From positions 23,213-87,212 of the forward strand of contig CAWFSB010000029.1 of assembly GCA_963818355.1 (NCBI GenBank): a stretch of DNA of 64,000 nt, in the 5' to 3' direction. The notes below the pieces were generated by a model. That model saw only the letters and a program-made list of their open reading frames with translations. It was not told where the DNA came from and made no database searches. Shown here one piece after another: positions 35,842 through 44,435 of this stretch (position 1 is the first letter of the stretch; each line of letters opens with the position of its first letter). Both the position numbers and the translations under genes were made by a program. Source of the stretch: an uncultured Acidobacteriota bacterium (GTDB taxonomy: Bacteria > Acidobacteriota > Vicinamibacteria > Fen-336).

Positions 35842-35946
35842 CCCTGTCATCCTGAACGACACCGGCTGGACGGGTCCCGAAGGGCCCGCCGGCGGGTCGG
35901 CGGATTCCTCGTCGCCCGGCGAGACGAAGCCCCAGGGAACGACAGG
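35842..35946. repeat. Intergenic repeat element, dimeric copy (two units in inverted orientation).
   Basis: CCCTGTCATCCTGAACGACACCGGCTGGACGGGTCCCGAAGG ... GGCGGATTCCTCGTCGCCCGGCGAGACGAAGCCCCAGGGAACGACAGG. The 3' half is the reverse complement of the unit seen at 55764-55820. It lies between the convergent PHP gene and lptFG. Confidence 0.6.
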
Positions 35947-35948
35947 CG

Positions 35949-38423
35949 TCAGGTTTCGAGCGTGAGGATCAGGTAGAGGCCGATGGCGCCGAAGGCGAGG
36001 TTCGGGGCCCAGGCCGCGAGCGCCGGGTGCAGGAGCGCGTTGTTGCCGAGGGCCTCGAATGCCCCGAGAACGGCCCAGTACACGATCGCGATCACGATCG
36101 CGACCCCGATGCCGTACAGCGCCCCCCGCCGCGCCACGATGAACGAGAAGGGCACCGCCAGCAGCGTCATGATGAAGCCGACCAGCGGGAAGGCCAGCTT
36201 GCGGTGCAGCTGCACCCGCAGCTTTGCGACGTCGAAGCCGCGGGTCTCGAGCGAGCGGATGTAGGCCGTGAGCTCGGCGAAGCCCATCGTGTCCGAGGGC
36301 TTCTCCTCCCGCCGGAAGTAGGAGGGCGGCTCGATCTCGCCCCCGGGGTCGCGGCCGATCACCCGGACGCGCTCCGCCCCGAAGGGTCGAAAGGACGAGC
36401 GCTCCCCGGTCGTCCGGCGCCAGCCGCGCTCCAGCTCGTAGGTCCGGGTGGCGCCGTTCCAGGCCGCGCGGCTCGCGAACAGCCTCTCGCGCAGCTCCCA
36501 GGTCTTCGGATCCACGTCGTAGATCGAGAAGCCGTAGACCGAGAACTCGCCGCCGGTCGCCGGCTCCGCGACCCCGCTCGGGCGCGGGGCGCTGCGCTCC
36601 ACGATGTAGTCGAAGTTGTAGAAGCGCTCGTCGCTCGCCAGCACCCAGCGCCGGTCGAACTGGTCGGACGCCTGCGCGGGCCGACCCTTGATCACGTTGA
36701 ACTCGAGGGCCGCCGCCTTGTTCGTGACCGGGAGCATCCACTCCTGCATCCCGTAGAGCAGGAGGCTCGCCAGCAGGCCCATCCCGAGCACGGGCCCCGC
36801 CGCGCGGTAGACGCTGATGCCGCCGGCCTTCATGGCGGTGATCTCGTTGTGGCGGGCCAGCAGGCCCAGCGTGACGAGGACCCCGATCAGCACCGCGACC
36901 GGCGCCACGGTGAAACCGATCCACCACACGTGGAACGCGTAGTAGCGGAGGAGGACCTTGCCCTTGACGCTGTGCTGCTGGATGTCGTCGATCAGGTCCA
37001 TGAACTCCCCGAGGAAGAAGATGGACATGAAAGCGACGAGGACGAGCGCCACGTTCGCGGCCCAGGAGGCGGCGATGTAGCGGTCGAGCAGGGAAGGGAA
37101 GCGCAGGGTGAGCCTCGGGATGCGGACCACGACGACCGGCTTTCTCGGCGCGCCGAGCCCGACGCTGCGCTCGGCCGGGGCGGGCCGGGCCGCGCGTTGC
37201 CGGCGGACCTTCGGCACGAAGGCGAGGTAGTGCGCGGGGTCCAGCGGGTCGAACGCGGCCTCCCGGTGGTTGAGCCAGAGAAGCGTCAGCGCGACCGCCC
37301 CCAGGGCGAGGTTGGCGGCCCACATCGACACGAAGGGGCTGAGCATCCCGGTGTCCCCGGCCTGCTCCCCGAGCCGGATGAGGACGTAGTAGGCGAAGAT
37401 CACCCCGATCGAGAGGGCAAAGGCGGACGAGCGGGCCTCCTTCTTGCTCCCCAGCGAGAGCGCCAGCCCGAGCAGGCCGAAGACGAGGCAGGCGGCGGGG
37501 ATCGCGAACTTCTTGTGCCACTCCACCGAGAAGCGTCCCCACTCCTTGCGCGTCTGCCCCGCCGAGCGCATCTGAGCGATCCGGTCGCCCAGCTCGCCCA
37601 GGGTCATCTCCCGGTCGCCCTTCGAGAGGAGCAGCTTCTTGCGGTCGGGGAAGAACTCGTCCACCGGCAGGTCCCAGCCCATCGAGGCGAACGCGGTCCG
37701 GTTGTACTCCCGCGGGTCGCTCGGGAAGAAGCTGTGCTGGCTGCCCGGCCCCAGCTCGATGCGCACGATCTGGCGGTCGCGGTCCACCACCAGCTCGCCC
37801 GTCTTCGCCAGGATGAGCTTGGGCTCGCGCAGGTCGCGCGTGTCGTGGATGAGGAGGTTCCTCCAGCGGCCGGTGTCCGGCTCGATGTCCTGGACGTAGA
37901 GCATCATCCGCCCGGGCAGCAGGCTGTCGGTGAACGTCCGGGCCTTCACGTCGGTGCGGGCCTTGCTTACCACCAGCGAGAAGACGAGCTCGCGATACGA
38001 CTGGTTCGCCCGGGGCAGCGCCACCGCGTTGATGTAGAAGGTGAGGGCGGTCATGGCCGCGGCCAGCATCATGACCGGGGCCAGGAGGCGCAGCGGGCTC
38101 ACCCCGACCGCGCGCAGGGCGATGATCTCGCTGTCGCTCGCGAGCCGGCCGAAGGCGAGCAGGACGCCCAGGAGAAACGCCATCGGGAGGGTGACGGCCA
38201 GGATGGAGGGCAGCAGGTTGAGGAAGACGCGCAGGATCGTGGCGAGGTCGGCGCTGCGCGCCACCAGCACCGCGAGCAGACGCGGGATCTGGTCCATCAG
38301 CAGCACGAAGGTGAAGACCAGGAGCCCGATCGCGCTGGGCGCCAGCATCTCGCGGACGATGTAGCGGTCGAGCAGACGCGGCCGCGAGAGACCCAGGCGC
38401 GAGGACACGGACATCGTGGGCAT
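35949..38423 (-). CDS. lptFG: LptF and LptG (YjgP/YjgQ permease) domains in a single continuous ORF.
   Basis: The first half is LLDRYIVREMLAP...(6 TM + beta-jellyroll). The second half is FPSLLDRYIAASWAANVALV...(6 TM + periplasmic domain). There is no in-frame stop between them. The start is ATG 38423 or 38414. Confidence 0.7.
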   Translation of the reverse strand: MPTMSVSSRLGLSRPRLLDRYIVREMLAPSAIGLLVFTFVLLMDQIPRLLAVLVARSADLATILRVFLNLLPSILAVTLPMAFLLGVLLAFGRLASDSEIIALRAVGVSPLRLLAPVMMLAAAMTALTFYINAVALPRANQSYRELVFSLVVSKARTDVKARTFTDSLLPGRMMLYVQDIEPDTGRWRNLLIHDTRDLREPKLILAKTGELVVDRDRQIVRIELGPGSQHSFFPSDPREYNRTAFASMGWDLPVDEFFPDRKKLLLSKGDREMTLGELGDRIAQMRSAGQTRKEWGRFSVEWHKKFAIPAACLVFGLLGLALSLGSKKEARSSAFALSIGVIFAYYVLIRLGEQAGDTGMLSPFVSMWAANLALGAVALTLLWLNHREAAFDPLDPAHYLAFVPKVRRQRAARPAPAERSVGLGAPRKPVVVVRIPRLTLRFPSLLDRYIAASWAANVALVLVAFMSIFFLGEFMDLIDDIQQHSVKGKVLLRYYAFHVWWIGFTVAPVAVLIGVLVTLGLLARHNEITAMKAGGISVYRAAGPVLGMGLLASLLLYGMQEWMLPVTNKAAALEFNVIKGRPAQASDQFDRRWVLASDERFYNFDYIVERSAPRPSGVAEPATGGEFSVYGFSIYDVDPKTWELRERLFASRAAWNGATRTYELERGWRRTTGERSSFRPFGAERVRVIGRDPGGEIEPPSYFRREEKPSDTMGFAELTAYIRSLETRGFDVAKLRVQLHRKLAFPLVGFIMTLLAVPFSFIVARRGALYGIGVAIVIAIVYWAVLGAFEALGNNALLHPALAAWAPNLAFGAIGLYLILTLET

Positions 38424-38502
38424 CGTAGCACGCGCTCCCGGGACGGCCGGTAACCCGGGGTTTCGCCCCGGTGGCCACATGCGGTATCGTCGTCGGTCCG
38501 CC

Positions 38503-39420
38503 ATGCACCAGGTCACCTGCTACGCTCCCGGCTCCACCTCGAACGTCGGGCCGGGCTTCGACTGCCTGGGCATCGCGATCGCCGGCATGGGCGACCGCGT
38601 GTCGGCGGCGCGCAGCGACAGTCCCGGGGTGAGGGTGCTCGCGGTCTCGGATCCCCGGATCCCGTGCGATCCCGCACGGAACACCGCCGCCCTGGCCGCC
38701 GCCGAGGTCCTCCGGCAGGCCGGAGCCGCCGACCTCGGCCTCGACCTGCGGGTCGAGAAGGGCCTCCCGCTCTCCGGCGGGCTCGGCGGCAGCGCGGCCT
38801 CGGCGGTGGCCGGCGCCTTCGCGGCAAACGCGCTCCTCGGCCGCCCGCTCGACGCCGAGGCCCTGCTGCACTGCGCCCTGGAGGCCGAGGCCGTGGTGGC
38901 CGGCCGTCACCCCGACAACGCCGCACCCTCCCTGCTGGGCGGCGCCGTGGTCGTGCTCGGGACGCAGCCGCTGCGCTACGCGCGCCTCACCGTCCACCCC
39001 TCGCTGCGCCTCGTGTTCGCGACTCCGGCCTACGGCGTCGAGACCGCCCGCGCCCGCGCCGTTCTCCCCGCGAGCGTCCCGCGCGCCGACGCGGTGGGGC
39101 AGGCCTCGGCCCTGGCCGGCCTCGTCCTGGGCCTCGAGCGGGGCGACGGGGCGCTCCTGCGCGTGGCCATGGTGGACCGCCTGGCCGAGCCGTACCGCAT
39201 CCCGCTGTACCCTGGCTACGCTCGCGCCCGCGAGGCGGCCCTCGCGACGGGCGCCTTCGGGGTGGCGGTGAGCGGCGCGGGGCCGACCCTCCTGGCGATC
39301 GTGCCGGAGGGATGCGAGGCCGCCGTGGGCCGCGCCGTCGTCGCGTCGTACGAGGAGGACGGCACCTCGACGCGGCTGCACGTCGCCGGCGTCGATTCCG
39401 AAGGAGCCCGACTCGAGTGA
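38503..39420 (+). CDS. thrB: Homoserine kinase.
   Basis: GSTSNVGPGFDCLGIA...PLSGGLGGSAASAVAG is the GHMP kinase motif. Confidence 0.85.
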   Translation: MHQVTCYAPGSTSNVGPGFDCLGIAIAGMGDRVSAARSDSPGVRVLAVSDPRIPCDPARNTAALAAAEVLRQAGAADLGLDLRVEKGLPLSGGLGGSAASAVAGAFAANALLGRPLDAEALLHCALEAEAVVAGRHPDNAAPSLLGGAVVVLGTQPLRYARLTVHPSLRLVFATPAYGVETARARAVLPASVPRADAVGQASALAGLVLGLERGDGALLRVAMVDRLAEPYRIPLYPGYARAREAALATGAFGVAVSGAGPTLLAIVPEGCEAAVGRAVVASYEEDGTSTRLHVAGVDSEGARLE

Positions 39421-40681
39421 AGAACCCGTACCTGCGCTGCGCCACCTGCGGAGCGACCCTTCCCGGCCACGAGCCCACGCGCGGACTGCCCTTGCGGGGG
39501 CCTGCTCGACGTCCTGCAGTGCCCGCGGGAGACGGGGTCCGTGCTGCGCGCCCGTTTCGACCGCCGCCGCCGGGACGGCGACCCGGCCGTTCAGGGCAGC
39601 GGCGTCTGGCGCTTCCGCGAGCTCCTCCTGCCCGGCCGCGGCCCCACCCTCACGCACCCCGAGGGGAACACCCCACTCTACCGGCGCGAGGCGATCGCGC
39701 GCTTCGTGGGCCACGACGACCTCGCCCTCAAGCACGAGGGGGAGAACCCCACCGGGTCCTTCAAGGACCGGGGCATGACGGTGGCGGTGACGCAGGCCGT
39801 GCGCGCGGGCGCCACGGCGGTGGCGTGCGCCTCGACCGGGAACACCTCGGCCTCGATGGCCGCCTACGCGGCACAGGCCGGGCTGCCGGCGCTCGTCTTC
39901 GTCCCCGCGGGAAAGGTGGCGGCGGGGAAGCTGGCCCAGGCCCTCGCCTACGGCGCGCGGACGCTCCTGGTGAAGGGCGACTTCGACGCCTGCCTGCGGC
40001 TCGTCCGCGAGGCCTCCGAGGCCCTCGGCATCGCCCTGCTCAACTCGATCAACCCCTGGCGGCTCGAGGGCCAGAAGACGATCGTGTGGGAGATGCTCCA
40101 GCAGCGCGCCTGGGAGCCGCCGGACTGGATCGTGCTGCCCGCCGGCGCCCTCGGCAACACCTCGGCCTTCGGCAAGGCCCTGCGCGAGGCCTTCGGCCTC
40201 GGGCTCATCCGGCGGATCCCGCGGGTGGCCTCGGTGCAGGCCGCCGGCGCGAGCCCCTTCTACCGCAGCTTTCGCGGGGGCTTCCGGCAGCGCTACCGGG
40301 TGGAAGCGGAGACCGTCGCCACCGCGATCCGGATCGGCGACCCGGCGAGCCACGACCGCGCGGTGCGGACGATCCGCGAGACGCGCGGCGTCGTCACGTC
40401 CGTCACCGACCGCGAGATCCTGGAGGCCAAGGCGGTGGTCGACGCCGCCGGGATCGGCTGCGAGCCCGCCTCGGCGGCGGCGGTGGCCGGGGCGCGCCGG
40501 CTCGTCCGCGAGGGCGTCATCCGCCGCGTCGGACTCCGTGGTGGCGATCCTGACCGGCCACGTCCTCAAGGACCCCGGCGTGGTGATGGACTTCCACTCC
40601 CGGCCCGGGCGACACCGCAACCCGCCGGTCACGATCGAGGCGCGGCTGTCGGACGTGGAGCGCCTCCTGAAGCGGCGCTGA
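39417..40681 (+). CDS. thrC: Threonine synthase; frame interrupted twice.
   Basis: GTGA overlap with thrB. VKNPYLRCATCGATLPGHEPT, then a shift near 39470-39480. The protein continues as CPCGGLLDVLQC...EGENPTGSFKDRGMTVAV (PLP lysine)...(track ORF 39541). A second shift lies near 40515-40525. The true C-terminus SDSVVAILTGHVLKDPGVVMDFH...ERLLKRR* ends at TGA 40679-81. Confidence 0.8.
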
Positions 40682-40696
40682 GGGCCCGGGCCTCCC

Positions 40697-42395
40697 CTAT
40701 TGGCGCGGGGACGCGGTGGGGGAGGCGCCGGCGGGGGAGTCGGCGCCCGCCTTCTCCACCGGGAGGAGCGGCCGCTGCGCCAGCCGGGCGTCGATCGGCA
40801 GCGCCATCCCGAAGGTGCTCCCGCGCCCCATCTCCGACTCGACCCAGATCTGCCCGCCGTGGCCCTCGACGATCAGGCGGCAGATGTAGAGGCCGAGGCC
40901 GGTGCCGGAGACCTTGAGGTGCTCGTCGCTGCGCACGCGCGCGAACTTCTGGAAGAGCTTGCCCACCTGCTCCGGCGGGATCCCCAGCCCGTTGTCCACC
41001 ACCTCGATCACGATGTGCTGGGTGCCGCGCTCGCGCACGCGGACCACGATCGAGCCGCCGGAGGGCGAGTACTTGACGGCGTTCGAGACGAGGTTGCTCA
41101 GCGTCTGGCGGAGCCGATCGGGGTCCGCCCAGATCCTCGGGAACCCGGGCGGCACGTCGAGCAGGACCGAGTGGTCGGAGAGGCCGAGGGGCACCGCCTC
41201 GAGCAGGAACGGGCCCACGTCGACCTCGCGGAAGTTGAAGCTGAGCTGCCCCGTCTCGATCTGCGTGATGAGGAGCGTGTCGTTCGCGAGGAGCGCCAGG
41301 TGGTCGGTCTCGCTGATGACCGTGCGCATGAACTCGTGGCGCGTCTCCGGCGGGAGGTCCTCTTCCTCGAGCACGAGCTCGGCGAACCCGCGGATCGCCA
41401 TCAGCGGCCGGCGGAAGTCGTGGGCCACGATGCCGACGAACTCGCTCTTGAGACGGTCGTACTCCTGGAGGAGCGTGTTGGCCTTCTTGAGCTCGTCGTG
41501 GAGGCGCAGGTTCTCGACCGCGATCGTGGCCTGGCCGGCGAGGGCCAGCAGGAGATTGAGGTCGTCGTCCGAGAAGGGCGCGCGTCCGATCCGGTCCGCC
41601 ACCGCGAGGAGGCCGAGGATCTTCGGGCCCCGCGTGATGGGGGCGATCATGAGCGACTGCAGCTGCAGCTCGGTCGCCAGCTCCGGCAGGAGGCGCGTGT
41701 CCGCCTGGGCCTTGTTCGAGAGGAGCGGCCCGTTCTTGCGGAAGTTCCAGCGGCCGTCCGCCTCGCCGTCCACCTTGTAGCGCACCCGCTGGATCTGCTC
41801 GGGGGTGAGGCCGAAGCCGGGCGCCTGGCCCACCAGCTGGCGCCGCTCCGAGTCGTAGAGGAGCAGGAGCCCGCGCTCCGCCTTCAGCATCTCCGCGCTG
41901 TGGCGTGAGAGGTGGCCGTAGAGGGCGTCCGCGCCGCCGACGAGCGAGAAGGCCCAGGACATCTTGTAGAGCCCCAGCAGCTCGCTGGTCTTCTTCTGCA
42001 GGACGCGCCGCTCGGCCGAGCTCCCGCAGGAGCCGCGACACGCGGATCTGCAGCTCGGTCGGCTGCAGCGGCTCGGCCCGCTGCACGTCGTCCACCTCCG
42101 ACGGCGCGCCCTGCGGGTCGAAGCCGTAGAGCACGAGGATGCGCACGTCGCCGCCGAGGGCCTGGCGCACGCCCTTGACCACCGACGCCATGGGCGGGTC
42201 GCCCAGCGAGTGCGACGCGAGGAGCAGGTCGGGCGAGCAGTCCACGACGCTCTGCACGATCCGGCGCCCCGGGAGGACCACCGTGACGCGGTGCCCGGCC
42301 GTGCGCAGGAGCCTCGCCAGCTCCTCGGCGCGCTCCGGGTCTTCGTGGACGAGGGCGATGTGCCCGAGCGGCCCGGCGGCCGCGGGGGTGATCAT
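40697..42395 (-). CDS. Hybrid sensor histidine kinase (N-terminal receiver-like domain, GAF, HisKA, HATPase_c); frame interrupted once.
   Basis: The N-terminus is MITPAAAGPLGHIALVHEDPERAEELARLLRTAGHRVTVV...DLLLASHS (REC-like). A shift near 42030-42045 follows. Then GAF, then H-box VAHDFRRPLMAIRGF, then N/G boxes NLVSNAVKY...DNGLGIP...GTGLGLYIC (track ORF 40697..41962). Confidence 0.75.
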
Positions 42396-42399
42396 CGGC

Positions 42400-42801
42400 C
42401 TAGACGTGGTCCGGTCGCTTCGAACGCTCGATCGAGGTGAAGAGGTTGACGATCGAGCGCAGGGCGGCCCGGGCGATGGGCTTCACCAGGTAGGAGTCGC
42501 CGCCGGCCTCGCGGCCCGCCGTGTAGTCCTTCAGGTCGCCCTTCGCGGTGACGAACACGATGGGGACCTTCTTGTCCACGTGGCGCAGGGCGCGGCACAC
42601 CGAGTAGCCGTCCATGTCGGGGAGGTTCACGTCCAGGAGCACCAGGTCGAACGGCCCCTGCTTGTCGGCGGACTTCAGGCACTCCGTGCCCGTGCCCGCC
42701 TCGAAGACCTCGAACTGCTCGGTCTTCTCAGCCTCCAGGATCGTCCGGATGAGCGCACGCGTCGGAACGTGGTCGTCGACGACGAGGACTCTCTTGGCCA
42801 T
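42400..42801 (-). CDS. Single-domain response regulator (CheY-like receiver).
   Basis: MAKRVLVVDDHVPTRALI...DLVLLDVNLPDMDGYSV...VPIVFVTAKGD. RBS GGGAGA. Its stop lies 4 nt before the kinase start. Confidence 0.85.
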   Translation of the reverse strand: MAKRVLVVDDHVPTRALIRTILEAEKTEQFEVFEAGTGTECLKSADKQGPFDLVLLDVNLPDMDGYSVCRALRHVDKKVPIVFVTAKGDLKDYTAGREAGGDSYLVKPIARAALRSIVNLFTSIERSKRPDHV

Positions 42802-43019
42802 TCGATCTCCCTTGGAGGCCGGCTCTCCGCCGCTATTCTAGCCCACGCGTGGCTGCCGGCAAGCAGAGCGGCACGTGGCCTCGCTCAGCGGGATTCGCGC
42901 GGGAACGGTCCCGCGAGCCGAACCGCCACGAGCGGAGCGGCAGGCGCGGAAGGGGGCGCGGGCGAGAGCGCGACGAGCACGGCAGCGGCGTCGACCGGGA
43001 GTGCGGTGCTGCCGAATCG

Positions 43020-43158
43020 CGATGATTCTCCGCAACTATCTGATTAAGAACGGCTTACGGCGCTCATTGCGCTCGATTCGCAGCTTCCGCTAACACATAT
43101 TATCGTGGTTGTCTAAATAGGTTGACATAACTATCGAGTTGTTGGACACTCACGGGAC
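43020..43158. promoter_or_regulatory. Locally AT-rich spacer with promoter-like hexamers, at the boundary of the decaying region.
   Basis: The stretch ...tgattaagaacggcttacgg...taacacatattatcgtggttgtctaaataggTTGACAtaactatcgag... is far below the window GC content. TTGACA at about 43122-27 lies about 30 nt before ATG 43159. A stable hairpin CGCGGGA-ACGG-TCCCGCG lies at about 42903-42920. Confidence 0.3.
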
Positions 43159-43582
43159 ATGGGTCGCCCGCCTCTCACCGAAGAACAGGTTCGCGCGAAG
43201 GTGCTGACCTACTGCGAGCGCTATGGCGTGTCTCCGGTTCCCGAGGGCCTCCCGCCGTTTCCCTCCGGCAAGCGCGAGACACGCCAGCACCGCGAGTGGC
43301 TCACGGTCTACCGGGCACGGCAGCGACTGCTGGCGCGAGTCGCCGGTGCCGCCCCGCTCGTCGCGTCGTCCGGCGACCCCGAGGTCAGCTGTGCGCTTTG
43401 CACCCGTGCCGTGAGCTCCGACGAGGCCGTCGCCTTTGCCCGAGCCGGCCGTCGCGGACGCCGCCTGGCAGCTGCACGCCGGCTGCGCCGACCTCCTCCG
43501 CCGGGCCGAGGACGCTGGCCCCGACACCGTCGCTCGGCTCAGCGAGCTGCTCTGGCCACGCCACGGCCGCGCCGGCTCCTGA
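43159..43582 (+). CDS. Orphan Arg-rich small hypothetical protein (about 140 aa if one frameshift near 43410-43440 is bridged).
   Basis: MGRPPLTEEQVRAKVLTYCERYGVSPVPEGLPPFPSGKRETRQHREWLTVYRARQRLLARV...SCALCTRAVSSDEAVAFA, then frame 2: ADAAWQLHAGCADLLRRAEDAGPDTVARLSELLWPRHGRAGS*. Its 3' end overlaps the convergent PIN-domain ORF. I do not recognise the family. Confidence 0.3.
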
Positions 43583-44047
43583 CCGCCTCTCGCCGACGCC
43601 AGCTCGCCGACCGTTCCGACACCCCCGTCGAGCCACCGCCGTCGACGAGCGCCAGCGCCGTGATCGGATCGACGGCCGTCACCGGCGAGTCGCCGTAGTC
43701 CTTCCCGTTCCTCGTCACCACGAGATCGCAGCCGGCCACCTCCGCCGCCGCCGCGCACACCGCGTCCTCGAAGTCCCGCATCCCCAGGCCGAGGGCACGC
43801 TGGAGGACGGTCCCATCCACGGCCGCGACCTTGAACACCCGCAGCAGGTCCCCGACGAAGCGCCGTGCCGTGGCCCGGTCCCGCGTTCCGGCCACCAGGT
43901 AGTGGATGGTCGTCACACCGTGGGCCGGAACGAGGCCCTCGAGCTTGCCCTCTTCGACGAGCGACCAGATCCTGGACGACGCCTCGCAGAACGGCGCGCG
44001 ATCGAGGAGCACGTCGAGGCACACGTTCACATCGACCAACAGCCTCA
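43539..44047 (-). CDS. vapC: PIN-domain toxin (VapC-like) of a type II toxin-antitoxin pair.
   Basis: LLVDVNVCLDVLLDRAPF...GLVPAHGVTTIHYL...DFEDAVCAAAAEVAGCDLVVTRNGKDY has the acidic PIN residues in the right order. The probable TTG start overlaps the antitoxin stop. The true stop is probably upstream of 43539, because the tail is low-complexity. Confidence 0.65.
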
Positions 44048-44284
44048 AAGGTACTTCCTCTCGAGGTACCTCCGGTACTCCCCGACGTCCACCCGCGATC
44101 CCTTCAAGGCCCCTCGCCATCGTGCCAGGATCGGCGGGATCGCCCCTTCCTGAGTCGGCGAGACCCGCGAGATCAGCCGCAGGTACTCCTGGACCAGTCT
44201 CGAGACCGAAGTGCCCCGCCGCGCCGCGTACTTCTTGGCGACGTCCACAACCGTTCCGTCCACGCTCAGTGTCAGCTTCGCCAT
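44045..44284 (-). CDS. vapB: Ribbon-helix-helix VapB-like antitoxin.
   Basis: 79 aa: MAKLTLSVDGTVVDVAKKYAARRGTSVSRLVQEYLRLI is an RHH DNA-binding motif. The C-terminal half is basic and aromatic, a typical toxin-binding tail. It lies immediately upstream of the PIN gene and overlaps it. Confidence 0.7.
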   Translation of the reverse strand: MAKLTLSVDGTVVDVAKKYAARRGTSVSRLVQEYLRLISRVSPTQEGAIPPILARWRGALKGSRVDVGEYRRYLERKYL

Positions 44285-44315
44285 ATACGTATCATTCCAC
44301 TCCGCCAATACGTAT
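44285..44315. promoter_or_regulatory. Two copies of the 8-nt palindrome ATACGTAT spaced 23 nt apart, directly upstream of the antitoxin start; candidate autoregulatory operator.
   Basis: ATACGTAT at 44285-92 and 44308-15. On the coding strand, this is the 30 nt preceding the vapB ATG. Confidence 0.4.
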
Positions 44316-44435
44316 TCAAGGCAACGAGCCAGCGCCGTCGACGCTACGGCTGGATCAGTCGCAGGCCCTTGAAGCAGGTCCGGAAGAAGCCACGATCGCG
44401 CGCAAGCAGACCGTCGGCCTGCAACTGGCCTTCGC

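Noticed and set aside
43122-43150. TTGACA at 43122 taken as a complete sigma-70 promoter for the orphan ORF.
   Set aside because: The hexamer 17 nt downstream (GACACT) is a poor -10. It is kept only as a promoter-like feature of the AT-rich spacer.
43583-43660. The long low-complexity C-terminal tail of the PIN ORF (VDGGGSTGVSERSASWRRREAVRSRRGRGVARAAR) as part of VapC.
   Set aside because: The PIN domain is complete by about 43660. The tail overlaps the convergent orphan ORF and is probably read-through caused by a missing stop or indel.
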